A DNA stretch of 64,000 bases from Desulfovibrionaceae bacterium (GTDB lineage Bacteria; Desulfobacterota; Desulfovibrionia; Desulfovibrionales; Desulfovibrionaceae): NCBI GenBank assembly GCA_031551765.1, contig JAVBNC010000011.1, forward strand, positions 12,595 to 76,594, written 5' to 3'. Position numbers and translations under genes: made by a program. Shown here in pieces: positions 1-9,537 of this stretch. Position 1 is the stretch's first letter, and each line of letters opens with the position of its first letter. Below the pieces are notes generated by a model. The model was not told where the DNA came from. It was given only the letters and a program-made list of their open reading frames with translations, and did not search any database.

Positions 1-896
1 CCAACCCCATTGACTCTCTGGCCAAGGGCCAGGTGCTGCCCATCATCTTTTTCGCTCTGTGCTTCGGTATCGGGCTGTCCTACTTGCGGGATTCTTCCGA
101 CCAGAACCTGAACAGGATCGGCAACCTGCTTTTTGATCTGTGTTCCGCCGCCGCCGAGACCATGTACAAGATCGTGGGCGGCATCATGCAGTACGCGCCC
201 ATCGGCGTGTTCTTCCTGATTGCCGGCGTGTTCGCCATTCAGGGCCCCAAGGTTATCGGACCCTTGGTGTTCGTCATGTTCCTGGCCTATGTGGCCTTTA
301 TTCTGCACGTCATCATCGGGTTCGGCGGCGCGCTGATGCTGTTCGGGCTCAATTTCGTCAAGTTTATACGCGGCGCGCAAGAAGCCATGATCACGGCCTT
401 TGTGACCCGTTCCTCCAACGCCACGCTGCCTATTTCCCTGCGCGTGGCTGAAGAGAACCTGGGCGTTCCCCGTTCCATTTCTTCTTTCTCGCTGCCCATC
501 GGCGCGACCATCAACATGGATGGCACCGCCATTTACCTGGCCATTTGTTCCATGTTCATCGGCTTTGCCGTGGGCAAACCCCTGACCATGGACCAGCAGC
601 TGATAGTGCTGGTCACCGCGACTCTGGGCGCTATCGGTGCGGCGGGCGTTCCCGGCGCCGGCGCCATCATGATGCTGCTGGTGCTGGAATCCATCGGCCT
701 GAAGGTGGAAGCCGGCACCGCCGTGGCAGCCGCGTACGCCATGATTCTGGGCGTTGACGCCGTGTTTGACATGGGTCGTACCTGCCTGAACGTCACCGGC
801 GACATAGTGGCCGCCGCCGTGGTTTCCAAGCACGAAGGCGTGCTGGATATGGAGAAATGGCAAGCGGAGCCAGCGCAAACCTCTGCACCCGAGTAA
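1..896 (+). CDS. dicarboxylate/amino acid:cation symporter (DAACS/GltP family), 5' end outside window
   Basis: Frame-3 ORF is open from the window edge (NPIDSLAKGQ...) to the stop at 894-896. Multi-TM protein. AFVTRSSNATLP, INMDGTA and NVTGD motifs are typical of the GltP/DctA family. Confidence 0.85.
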   Translation, partial: NPIDSLAKGQVLPIIFFALCFGIGLSYLRDSSDQNLNRIGNLLFDLCSAAAETMYKIVGGIMQYAPIGVFFLIAGVFAIQGPKVIGPLVFVMFLAYVAFILHVIIGFGGALMLFGLNFVKFIRGAQEAMITAFVTRSSNATLPISLRVAEENLGVPRSISSFSLPIGATINMDGTAIYLAICSMFIGFAVGKPLTMDQQLIVLVTATLGAIGAAGVPGAGAIMMLLVLESIGLKVEAGTAVAAAYAMILGVDAVFDMGRTCLNVTGDIVAAAVVSKHEGVLDMEKWQAEPAQTSAPE

Positions 897-910
897 AATC
901 CGTCTGATAA

Positions 911-951
911 GGTCGGCCGCGAATATGCTTTGCGGCCGGCCTTTCTGCTTT
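911..951 (+). terminator. intrinsic terminator candidate after symporter gene
   Basis: GGTCGGCCGC-N11-GCGGCCGGCC stem (1 mismatch) followed by TTTCTGCTTT. Confidence 0.55.
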
Positions 952-1028
952 CAGCCATATGCTGGAACCCCATTGACGCAGGGCCATAAAAGGCACAGGA
1001 AAAAGTTGACGGTGACACTCCATACGGT

Positions 1029-1934
1029 ATGAGGTGCCCCATGCTTTCTTCCTTGCCGCCCGACGCGTTGTTTTCCTGGATCACCAATGCTGTTGCGGCC
1101 TTCATGCAAAGTCCGGTCAACGACCTGGGCATGCCCGGCGGGCCGGAGTCGGGCTTTGATCCGCCCCTGCTGGGTTGCGCCGCCGGTGACGACTCCATTT
1201 GGGAAAGCTATAAGGAGGCTGTCGGCCCCTACCATTGGACCCCGGCGGAAGCCTTTGCCCTGGCCTATCCGGATGACCCGGCGCGGCCTTCCGAGCTCAG
1301 CGTTATTTCCTGGGTACTGCCCCAGACCAAGCTGACCCGTGAGGACCACCGCAAGGCCTCCAAATTGCCCGCGGAAGTCCGCATGCCCTCGGAACGCTGG
1401 TCCAGAAATAGGGTATTAGCCGAACCCAGGGTGAATGCCGTGCTGCTCAGGCACATGCAGGAGCTGCTGCGGGAAAGCGGCGTTCAGGCCGTGGCCCCGA
1501 CACAGTTGGAGGCCTGGAGCGGAATGCCTTCAGAGCGTTTCGTATTTTCCTCCACCTGGTCGGAACGCCATGCGGCCCATGCGGCGGGCTTGGGCACCTT
1601 TGGGCTGAGCGACGGGCTGATCACCCCGGCGGGCAAGGCCATGCGCACCGGGGCGGTGGTGCTGCGGGCCAAGCTGCCCCCCACGCCCAGGCCGTACACA
1701 AAACATCAGGAGTATTGCCTGTTCCATACTTCCGACGTCTGCGGCAAGTGCATAGAACGCTGCCCCGTGGGCGCGCTGAGTCCGCGGGGGCACGACAAAA
1801 AGCTCTGTAAGGAATTTTTGGACAGAACCACGCCGTACCTGAAAGAACACTGGGGCCTGGACGGCTATGCCTGTGGACTGTGCCAGGTGGGCGTGCCCTG
1901 TGAGGCGCGCATCCCGGCCGCTCCCCATGGATAA
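1029..1934 (+). CDS. 4Fe-4S cluster protein, epoxyqueuosine reductase (QueG)/reductive dehalogenase-like
   Basis: 301-aa ORF with C-terminal Cys clusters CGKCIERCP and CGLCQVGVPC. Start at 1029 versus ATG 1041 is unresolved. Confidence 0.55.
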   Translation: MRCPMLSSLPPDALFSWITNAVAAFMQSPVNDLGMPGGPESGFDPPLLGCAAGDDSIWESYKEAVGPYHWTPAEAFALAYPDDPARPSELSVISWVLPQTKLTREDHRKASKLPAEVRMPSERWSRNRVLAEPRVNAVLLRHMQELLRESGVQAVAPTQLEAWSGMPSERFVFSSTWSERHAAHAAGLGTFGLSDGLITPAGKAMRTGAVVLRAKLPPTPRPYTKHQEYCLFHTSDVCGKCIERCPVGALSPRGHDKKLCKEFLDRTTPYLKEHWGLDGYACGLCQVGVPCEARIPAAPHG

Positions 1935-1950
1935 CCCGGCGTTTTCCGGT

Positions 1951-1998
1951 AAAATAGCGACGCCCCCCAGGCACGGACCTGGGGGGCGTCGCTATTTT
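1951..1998. terminator. bidirectional hairpin terminator between convergent genes
   Basis: Perfect 21-bp stem AAAATAGCGACGCCCCCCAGG / CCTGGGGGGCGTCGCTATTTT with a 6-nt loop. The A4/T4 runs are the outer ends of the stem arms. Confidence 0.75.
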
Positions 1999-2013
1999 AA
2001 CCGCTAAAGAGGG

Positions 2014-3330
2014 TCAGCTCTTTCTGCCCAGGGGCACCATGTTTCCTTTCATGGTTTCCTGAGTGGTGCGCACCATCAGATACAGGCGCGGCACGATATT
2101 TTCCAGGGGGAAGCGCTCGTCCACGCTGTGCGAGCCGCTGCCGCCAAAGCCGAACCCTTCCAGGGTGGGAGCTTTTTGCGAGGAGTAGTTGGAGTCCGCG
2201 CCGCCGCCAGCGTGTATGGCGCGCAGGGGCAGTTCCAGCTCCGTCTTGTACAGAGAAATGACTTTTTCGGCCAGCGCGTTGGTGGTGGGGTTCTCTTCAA
2301 AGGGCGGCCGGCCGCGCACGAAGTTAAGAGTAATTTCCGATTCGGGCAGCAGCTTCTTTTTGACGCGCTCGGTCATGTCTTTTTCAATGCGGTCCCATTC
2401 CGACTTTTTGGAAATGCGCACGTTGGCCTGGGCCCAGGCCGTGCCGGGAATGACGTTGCTCTTGGTCCCGAATTTGCCCAAGGTCCAGTTGACGTCCGTG
2501 CCCATGGCCTTGTTGGAGAGATCGCGCATCTGCAGGATCTGGAAGGCCATTTCGTAGCCCGCGTTCACGCCCTTTTCCGGCGCGCCGCCGGAGTGGGATT
2601 CCCGGCCCTTGACGTTCAGGTCGTAGTACGCGGTGCCCCGGGCGCTTATGGTTATGGTGTCACCCTTGGCGCCGCCGCCGTCCATGGAGTAGACCACGTC
2701 ATGCTTGGCCGCCTGTTCCATGATCAGATCACGGGAGCCGAAGGAGCCTTTTTCCTCGTCGCAGTTAAGCAGCACGGTAATGACGGCGAAGTTCTTCTCG
2801 CCCAGCTTGTTCAGTACGATGTCCAAAAGCTGGAAAAGGCCCGCGACTTTGCACTGGGCGTCCACAACGCCCGGCCCCGTGGCCACGCCGTCAGTGATCT
2901 TGAAGGGCCGCTTGGCGGCCTCGCCCCTGGGCCACACGGTGTCAAAGTGGATCATGTACATGATGCGGGCCTTGCCCGTGCCTTTCCAGGTGGCCACGAT
3001 ATTGTTGGTGCCCTCCCTGGGCTTGGGCGCGGGCACGATCTGCACGTCGCCGTTCAGCTTTTTCAGCCAACCCACCAGCAGTTCCTGCTTTTTGAGCAGT
3101 TCCGGGTAGTCGTCCGAGCCGGAATCCATGTTGACCAGGGTTTCCAGGTCCTTGACGATCAGGGGCTTGGCCGCCTCGCACAGGGCCAGGATTTTTTTGT
3201 CCGCTTTGGCCGTGGGAGCGGCCAGGACCGGCGCCGCGCCGCTTGCGAAAAGAAACGCCGTTGCGAGCAGCGCGACCCAAAAAAACGTGCGGGATTTCCA
3301 ACGCAGCATATTGAAGCTCCTTGGCAACAA
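2014..3330 (-). CDS. secreted M20 family metallopeptidase, carboxypeptidase G2 (glutamate carboxypeptidase)-like, paralog 1
   Basis: 438-aa ORF with a signal peptide (...APVLAAP). M20-type blocks HFDTVWP, NCDEEKGS and RESHSG. Colinear with the neighbouring paralog. Confidence 0.85.
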   Translation of the reverse strand: MLPRSFNMLRWKSRTFFWVALLATAFLFASGAAPVLAAPTAKADKKILALCEAAKPLIVKDLETLVNMDSGSDDYPELLKKQELLVGWLKKLNGDVQIVPAPKPREGTNNIVATWKGTGKARIMYMIHFDTVWPRGEAAKRPFKITDGVATGPGVVDAQCKVAGLFQLLDIVLNKLGEKNFAVITVLLNCDEEKGSFGSRDLIMEQAAKHDVVYSMDGGGAKGDTITISARGTAYYDLNVKGRESHSGGAPEKGVNAGYEMAFQILQMRDLSNKAMGTDVNWTLGKFGTKSNVIPGTAWAQANVRISKKSEWDRIEKDMTERVKKKLLPESEITLNFVRGRPPFEENPTTNALAEKVISLYKTELELPLRAIHAGGGADSNYSSQKAPTLEGFGFGGSGSHSVDERFPLENIVPRLYLMVRTTQETMKGNMVPLGRKS

Positions 3331-3375
3331 GGTTGCACTCCGGCGGACGGCCCGCCGGGGCGGTTTCTCTCCGTG

Positions 3376-4650
3376 CTACCGCTTGGCCAGCGGCACGAGG
3401 GTTCCTTTCATGGTTTCCTGGGCCACGCGTACCAGCAAATACAGGCGCGGCGCAATGGGGTCCAGCGGGATGTATTCATCCAGGCTGTGAGCACCGGCCC
3501 CGGCCAGACCCATACCTTCCAGGGTAGGAGCCTGGGGGAAAGAATAGCATGCGTCCGTGCCGCCCCCGTTGCGGCGGGGGAACAGCTTTAATTCCAGCTC
3601 GTCGGCGGCTAGTTTGACAACCTTTTCCGCCAGGGCGCTGGTGGCGGGGTTTTCTTCGAACGGGGGCCTGCCGCGCCGCACCGTGAGGGTGATTTCCGAC
3701 TCGGGCAGCAGCTTGTTTTGGATGCGTTCCCGGATGTCCTTTTCAACACGCTCCACTTCAGAATCCTTGCTGATGCGCGCATTGGCCAGAGCCCAGGCCG
3801 AACCGGGGATAACGTTGCTTTTGGTTCCGAACTTTCCCATCACCCAATTCACGGAGGTGCGGGCTTCCTTGTTGCCCAGGTCGCGCAGTTGCAGAATTTG
3901 GTAAGCCATTTCATAGCCCGCGTTGACGCCCTTTTCCGGCGCACCGCCGGAATGGGATTCCCGGCCTTTGACCTGGAGCCTGAAAGAGGCGTTGCCCCGC
4001 GCGCTGGTGGTGACATTCCTGCCCCTGCGGCCGCCCCCTTCCAGGGAGTAGACCACGTCGTGCCGTTCCGCCAGTTCCATGATCAGGTCACGGGAGCCCA
4101 GGGAGCCGCTTTCCTCGTCCGGGTTGTAGAGCAGGGTGAGGGTGTCGAAATTTTTCTCGCCCAGCCTGACCAAGAGTATGTCCAGCATGGTGAAAGCAGC
4201 GGCCACGTTGGCCTGGGCGTCGGAAATGCCGGGCCCCCTGGCGATATCGCCCTCAATGGTAAAGGGACGTTTGGCCGCCTCGCCCACGGGCCATACAGTG
4301 TCGAAATGGGCCATGTACATGATGCGGGCCTTGCCCGTGCCTTTCCAGGTGGCCACAATATTGTTCAACCCTTCCCGGGGCTTGGGCGCGGGCACTATCC
4401 TGACCTCGCCGCCAAGTTTCCTGAGCTTGTCCGCCAGCAGTTCCTGCTTTTGCAGCAAACCGGGCTGGTTATCCGAGCCGGAATCCATGTTGACCAGGGT
4501 TTCCAGGTCCTTGAGCAGGCGGGGCTTGGCCTCTTCGCACAGGGCCATGACCTTTTTGTCCGGCGCGGCAACAGCGGCAGCCGGGGCCGTGAGCGCAATA
4601 AACGGGACGGCGCAGCAGGCCGTCAGCACAAGCATCAGATAACGCAGCAT
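3376..4650 (-). CDS. secreted M20 family metallopeptidase, carboxypeptidase G2-like, paralog 2
   Basis: 424-aa ORF with a signal peptide. Carries the same blocks (HFDTVWP, NPDEESGS, RESHSGGAPEKGVNAGYEMA) as the 2014-3330 product. Confidence 0.85.
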   Translation of the reverse strand: MLRYLMLVLTACCAVPFIALTAPAAAVAAPDKKVMALCEEAKPRLLKDLETLVNMDSGSDNQPGLLQKQELLADKLRKLGGEVRIVPAPKPREGLNNIVATWKGTGKARIMYMAHFDTVWPVGEAAKRPFTIEGDIARGPGISDAQANVAAAFTMLDILLVRLGEKNFDTLTLLYNPDEESGSLGSRDLIMELAERHDVVYSLEGGGRRGRNVTTSARGNASFRLQVKGRESHSGGAPEKGVNAGYEMAYQILQLRDLGNKEARTSVNWVMGKFGTKSNVIPGSAWALANARISKDSEVERVEKDIRERIQNKLLPESEITLTVRRGRPPFEENPATSALAEKVVKLAADELELKLFPRRNGGGTDACYSFPQAPTLEGMGLAGAGAHSLDEYIPLDPIAPRLYLLVRVAQETMKGTLVPLAKR

Positions 4651-4680
4651 GGCAAATCCTCACGGGCGGCGGGGCGGTTA

Positions 4681-4721
4681 CGCAAAAGCCCCCAGAAACG
4701 ATCTTCCAGGGGCTTTTTGCG
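4681..4721 (-). terminator. hairpin terminator candidate downstream of S1-like gene
   Basis: CGCAAAAGCCCC-N16-GGGGCTTTTTGCG inverted repeat, 19 nt past the S1-like stop. Confidence 0.55.
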
Positions 4722-4739
4722 TGCGTACTCGGCAGTGGC

Positions 4740-6311
4740 CTATTTCTTTTTCTGTAGCGCGGCCTGCATGGCCGAACCCAGCGTGCCGCCGAAAGAAGCA
4801 GGAGTGGCTTTTGGCGCGTGCTTTTTCCAGTCACGCTCTTCCGCGGAAGAAGGACCGGCGCTTTCCGCCGCGCCCGGAACCCCCAGGGTGACCTTGCGGC
4901 TCTTGGGGTCCACAGCCCGGACCACCACCTGCACGCTGTCGCCGCTCTGAACTTTATCCAATCCCTTTTTGTCCTTGGCGGCCGAAAGGGAGGAAGCGGG
5001 CAGAAGGCCGGTCACGCCGGGGAACAGGGCCACGAACAGCCCGAAGCTGCTGCGGTTTTCCACGGTGCCGGAAAGCTCGTTGCCCACCACCAGAGACTCG
5101 GCCACATCCTGCCAGGGGTCTCCGGCGGCCTCGCGCAGGCTGAGGGACAGGCGCTTCTTGTCCAGGTCCACACCCTTGATCCTGACGGAGACGGTCTCGC
5201 CCACGCTGACCACGTCGTCGGGCTTACGCACCTGGCGGTCGTAGGAAAGTTCGGAAATATGGATGAGGCCCTCAATGCCGGGCAGCACTTCCACAAAGGA
5301 GCCGAAAGCGGCGTTGCGCACCACCTTGCCGCTGACGACCTCGCCTTCTGTCAGGCGGCCGTTAATGTCTTTCCAGGGGTCTTCCGTCACCTGGCGGGCG
5401 GAGAGGGAGATGCGCACGCCTTTGTCGCCCGTGGCAATGGTCAGAATTTTCACCCTCAGGCGGTCGCCGGGGCTGACTGCCTCATCCGGCTGGCCCACGC
5501 GGGACCAGGAAAGCTCGGAAACGTGAATCAGCCCTTCCACGCCGGGGGCCAGTTCCACAAAGGCCCCAAAGGGCGCCAGGCGGGAAACGGAGCCTTCCAG
5601 CACGCTGCCTTCGGACACGGTGCCCAGAAAGGCCTCGCGGCTTTCCGCCTGCTCGCGCTCAAGAAGGATGCGGCGGGAAACCACAATGTTGTGCCCGCTT
5701 TTTTCCAGCTTGGTAATGATAAAGGGCAGGCTCTGCCCAATGAAGGATTCCGGGTTGTCCGCGGGGCGCAGGTCTATCTGGCCCAGGGGGCAGAAGGCGC
5801 GGCGCTTCATGACTTCCACGGCGAAACCGCCCTTGACCAGGGCCTTGACTTTGCCCTCCACGGGCAGGGAAGCATTGCGGGCTTCTTCCAGCGCCACCAG
5901 GCCGCCGGCGCCGCTCATCATTTTGGAAAGGCGCACTTCCTGCGTGGTAGCCGTGATCACGTACAGGTCAAGCTGGTCGCCCACCGCACAGGGCAGTTCG
6001 CCGTTTTCCTCAAGCTCGGACCGTTCCACAATGCCGTCAACCTTGCTGCCCGTGCTCACGAAAACAGTGTCGTTAGTAATGGCGACAATGGTGGCCTTAA
6101 CGCGCTGGCCAGGGGAAAGGTGGGAACCCGGCGTTTCCTCCTGCGCGGCAAACAGTTCCGCGAAACTTTCCGTTTCCTGCGGGGCAGGGGAGGGGGTGGC
6201 GGCTGTTTCCGTGGCGGAAGGCACGGGTTCCACCGCCGGGGAAAGCGCGGATTCTTCAGCCGTGGGGCCGGTTTCCGGCGTTTCCGGGGTGTTGGGGTGA
6301 GCCTCGGTCAT
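4740..6311 (-). CDS. S1 RNA-binding domain protein (ribosomal protein S1-like)
   Basis: 523-aa ORF with several tandem S1 OB-fold repeats (GxxVxGxV...G.FV.L..GVEGLIH.SEL pattern). Acidic Pro/Thr/Glu-rich N-terminus and Lys-rich C-terminus. Confidence 0.8.
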   Translation of the reverse strand: MTEAHPNTPETPETGPTAEESALSPAVEPVPSATETAATPSPAPQETESFAELFAAQEETPGSHLSPGQRVKATIVAITNDTVFVSTGSKVDGIVERSELEENGELPCAVGDQLDLYVITATTQEVRLSKMMSGAGGLVALEEARNASLPVEGKVKALVKGGFAVEVMKRRAFCPLGQIDLRPADNPESFIGQSLPFIITKLEKSGHNIVVSRRILLEREQAESREAFLGTVSEGSVLEGSVSRLAPFGAFVELAPGVEGLIHVSELSWSRVGQPDEAVSPGDRLRVKILTIATGDKGVRISLSARQVTEDPWKDINGRLTEGEVVSGKVVRNAAFGSFVEVLPGIEGLIHISELSYDRQVRKPDDVVSVGETVSVRIKGVDLDKKRLSLSLREAAGDPWQDVAESLVVGNELSGTVENRSSFGLFVALFPGVTGLLPASSLSAAKDKKGLDKVQSGDSVQVVVRAVDPKSRKVTLGVPGAAESAGPSSAEERDWKKHAPKATPASFGGTLGSAMQAALQKKK

Positions 6312-6418
6312 AGGGGTATGCTCCTTAAAAAAGAAAACGTGTAAACACGTTGCGGTGTCTTCATATCAGCGAGAGCGGGCGGAGGCAAGCAAAGACATGG
6401 TGTCAACCTTATGAATCC

Positions 6419-7849
6419 CTACAACCTGTTCATGCTTTTCCAGAATTCCATCCGCTCTTTGCGGACGTTTTCATAGCGTTTCAGGGTGTCCTTTTCCGCA
6501 GGGGTTTTAACCAAGGCCTTGGCTTGCTCATAATTTTTTTCGGCGCGCTTACGGTCGTTCAGGTACATGGCGGCATAGCCCATGTGCAGATAAGCGAGGA
6601 AATACTGCTTATCTTTGCCCAGCGAGCGGGCATAAAATTCGTGCACTTCGGCATCTTCAGGCAGCCGGACCAGAATTTCCCGGTAATACTCCTGCGCGGC
6701 CCTGCGGTTCCCGTTGTCATCCAGCAGGCGGGCGTAAAAAAACAGCGCCATGTAGTCCTTGGAATTCATGCTCACGGCTTTGGGCAAAAGCTCGGCGGCC
6801 TTTTGGGCGTTGCCCCTGAGGTAGTGGAACATGCCCGCTTCCCGCACGATCAGCTCTTCTTTGGGGTTGCAGGCCAAGGCCGCGTTAAAGGCGCTTTCCG
6901 CCTCTTTGACCCTGTTGCGGCGGCTGTGGATGATGCCTTCGCCCATAAGGGCCAGGCATTTTTGCGGGCCTTTCTTCTGCTCGGCAAAGACGGCCATGGC
7001 CGGTTCCTCATCCGCGTAACGCGCCCGTATCAAGGCCTGGACGCGCAGAAAGTCCCCGTCCTGGTCCTTGCGGTTGCGCACGGAAGCGGGAAGCCTCTCA
7101 ATACGGGCGGTCAGCGTGGCGATACGCTCATTGATGGCGGGGTGGGTGGACAGGTAGGTGGGGATGTCCAACCCCAGCAGCCATTGCTGGCGGCTGATTT
7201 TTTTGAACGCGCCCACCATGCCTTCCGGCGGGTAGCCCGCCCCGACCAGGTAGCTCATACCCACCTGGTCGGCATCGGTTTCATCCGCGCGGCTGTAGCT
7301 GAGCATGGCGGCCTGCCCGGCGGCCAGCGCGCCGGTAATGGCGGCCGGGCCGCCCTGGCCGCCCAGAAAGGCCCCGGCCACGGCGGCCGCCAGCGAAAGC
7401 AGAGTGATTTTCTGCATTTTTTCAATGCGGGCGGCAATATGGCGCTGGGTATAGTGCGCCATTTCGTGGCCTACCACCCCGGCCAGCTCGGATTCATGGT
7501 CCATGGCCAGAATAAGGCCGGTGAAAATGAACAGATTTCCGCCCGGGGCGGCAAAGGCGTTGATGGCGTTGTGCCGGATGACGGACACGGTGAGCGGAAA
7601 AGGCTGCGGCGGCATGGTGGTTTTCATGCGGTCCACCACTTTTTCCACGTAGCGCACCACTTCCGGGTCATCCACCACCGGAAACATGTTGCGCACGGAC
7701 ATCTGGATTTTTTTGCCCAGCTCCGCCTCGTCTTTAATGGTGAACTCCCCCCAGGCCAAGGCCTGCGAGGGCAGGCACAGCGTGAACGCAAGCACGCCCG
7801 CCATCAGGGCGGCGCAAAAACGGCGGCAGCTTCTTATGCGATATCCCAT
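6419..7849 (-). CDS. M48 family metalloprotease with C-terminal TPR repeats (BepA-like)
   Basis: HEMAH zinc motif (VVGHEMAHYTQRH), N-terminal signal peptide, TPR-like C-terminal half. The start overlaps the cysS 3' end by 16 nt; an alternative Met lies at 7804. Confidence 0.85.
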   Translation of the reverse strand: MGYRIRSCRRFCAALMAGVLAFTLCLPSQALAWGEFTIKDEAELGKKIQMSVRNMFPVVDDPEVVRYVEKVVDRMKTTMPPQPFPLTVSVIRHNAINAFAAPGGNLFIFTGLILAMDHESELAGVVGHEMAHYTQRHIAARIEKMQKITLLSLAAAVAGAFLGGQGGPAAITGALAAGQAAMLSYSRADETDADQVGMSYLVGAGYPPEGMVGAFKKISRQQWLLGLDIPTYLSTHPAINERIATLTARIERLPASVRNRKDQDGDFLRVQALIRARYADEEPAMAVFAEQKKGPQKCLALMGEGIIHSRRNRVKEAESAFNAALACNPKEELIVREAGMFHYLRGNAQKAAELLPKAVSMNSKDYMALFFYARLLDDNGNRRAAQEYYREILVRLPEDAEVHEFYARSLGKDKQYFLAYLHMGYAAMYLNDRKRAEKNYEQAKALVKTPAEKDTLKRYENVRKERMEFWKSMNRL

Positions 7850-9291
7850 ACAGCCCCCTGAGGGGTATCTTGGACGGCAACGCCAAGAGCGGCAAGTTCA
7901 TTTCGGATAGCGTCGGACTGCGCGAAATCTTTGGCCTGCCGCGCGGCAAGACGCTTTTGCATCAGGTTTTCAACCAGGCTCAGGTCTAGTTTTTTGCGGG
8001 TGGCCCGGCAGGAACGCAGGTCAGCGAGGAAGCGGGCCGGTTCCAGGCCGAACAGCCCGAAGATGGCGCCCCAGCGGGCCATGGATGCGAGAAAGGACGT
8101 AAACAGCGCCTTGGCCGCTTCGCCTTTGCGGGCGTTCTTCTCTTCACTCAGGCGGTTGACGAGCCGCACCATGCCGTTGATATGCCCGACGGCCGCCGCC
8201 GTGTTGAGGTCGTCGTCCATGGCTTCGCCGCAGGCCTTGTCCAGGGCGGCGAATTCTTCCGCCATGCCTTGCGGCAGAGGGGAATTGCTCCATTTTTCCC
8301 GCGCCAGTTCGCTGGTGGCAAAAGCCATGGTTTCGTAAATGCGGCGCACGTTCTTTTCCGCCTCGTCCATGGCCTCAAAGGTAAAATCAATAGGGCTTCT
8401 GTACTGGCGGGTGATCAGGAAAAAGCGCAGCACTTCCGGCAGGTAGGAGACCAAAATGTCCCGGATGGTGCGGAAGTTGCCGAGGGATTTGGACATCTTT
8501 TCCGAATCCACCTGCACGAAGCCGTTGTGCACCCAGAAACGGCAGAAGGGCGCGTCCAGAGCCGCCTCGGTCTGGGCGATTTCGTTCTCGTGGTGGGGGA
8601 AAATCAGGTCCTGGCCGCCGCCGTGGATATCCAGCGGCAGGGGCGCGTATTTCCCGCTCATGGCCGAGCATTCGATGTGCCAGCCGGGCCGTCCTTTACC
8701 CCAGGGGCTGTCCCAGGCGGGCTCGCCGGGTTTCGCGGCCTTCCACAGCGCGAAATCCAGGGGGTCTTCCTTTTCCTCGCCCGGAGCGACGCGCGCGCCG
8801 GAACGCAAATCGTCCACGCTACGGCCGGAAAGCTTGCCGTATTCCGGAAAGGAGCGCACCCGGAAATACACGTCCCCGGAAGGTGTGGCATAGGCCTTGC
8901 CCTTTTCAATCAGCCGCTCGGTCAGCGCCACCATTTCCGGGATGTGCTCCGTGGCCTTGGGTTCCGCGTCCGCGCGGGTCACGCCCAGGATGTCCATATC
9001 CTCATAAAAGGCGGCAATGTACTTTTCCGCCACTTCCTCGCTGGAAAGCCCTTCCTGCGCGGCGCGGTTGATAATTTTGTCGTCCACGTCCGTGAAATTG
9101 CGGATGAAGGTGACGTCCAGCCCCTTGGAGCGCAGGTAGCGCACCAGCACGTCAAACACCACGGCGGACCGGGCGTGGCCTATGTGGCAGAGGTCGTACG
9201 CGGTGATGCCGCAGGAATACAAGCTGACCTTGCCGGGGTGCACGGGAACGAATTCTTCTTTCTTGCGGGTCAGCGAATTGTAGAGTTGCAT
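7834..9291 (-). CDS. cysS: cysteine--tRNA ligase
   Basis: 485 aa. N-terminus MQLYNSLTRKKEEF, class I HIGH-type motif (CHIGHARS) and KMSKS motif (KMSKSLGN). Confidence 0.95.
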   Translation of the reverse strand: MQLYNSLTRKKEEFVPVHPGKVSLYSCGITAYDLCHIGHARSAVVFDVLVRYLRSKGLDVTFIRNFTDVDDKIINRAAQEGLSSEEVAEKYIAAFYEDMDILGVTRADAEPKATEHIPEMVALTERLIEKGKAYATPSGDVYFRVRSFPEYGKLSGRSVDDLRSGARVAPGEEKEDPLDFALWKAAKPGEPAWDSPWGKGRPGWHIECSAMSGKYAPLPLDIHGGGQDLIFPHHENEIAQTEAALDAPFCRFWVHNGFVQVDSEKMSKSLGNFRTIRDILVSYLPEVLRFFLITRQYRSPIDFTFEAMDEAEKNVRRIYETMAFATSELAREKWSNSPLPQGMAEEFAALDKACGEAMDDDLNTAAAVGHINGMVRLVNRLSEEKNARKGEAAKALFTSFLASMARWGAIFGLFGLEPARFLADLRSCRATRKKLDLSLVENLMQKRLAARQAKDFAQSDAIRNELAALGVAVQDTPQGAVWDIA

Positions 9292-9323
9292 GTAAGCTCC
9301 TTAAGAAATGCCTCCGGCGGCCG

Positions 9324-9369
9324 GGGGAAGAGGGAAACCTTCCTTGGAAGAAAGGTTTCCCTCTTCCCC
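9324..9369. repeat. perfect 18-bp hairpin in the cysS 5' region
   Basis: GGGGAAGAGGGAAACCTT (9324-9341) pairs with AAGGTTTCCCTCTTCCCC (9352-9369). Similar in architecture to the hairpin at 19039-19085. Confidence 0.8.
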
Positions 9370-9468
9370 GGACCCCCAACTCCCTTCCAAAGAACTTTGA
9401 CGGGGGGGAGGAGTCGTCTTGGTGGTGACGATACCATAAAAAGTAGGATCGCCTTTTTATTTTTCAAG

Positions 9469-9502
9469 CCGGCACCCGCTGCCATGCGAGTGCCGGTTTT
9501 TT
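9469..9502 (+). terminator. orphan plus-strand intrinsic-terminator-like hairpin
   Basis: CCGGCAC-N14-GTGCCGG followed by TTTTTT on the plus strand only. Both flanking genes are on the minus strand. Confidence 0.45.
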
Positions 9503-9537
9503 ATCCACCCTGAAAGTGATTCAAGGGCTTAATCTCA

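Noticed and set aside
9501-9509. TTATCCACC, an 8-of-9 match to the DnaA box TTATCCACA, in an AT-rich spacer.
   Set aside because: A single isolated box, with no cluster of boxes, no AT-rich 13-mer-type repeats and no dnaA or dnaN nearby. Not evidence for an origin.
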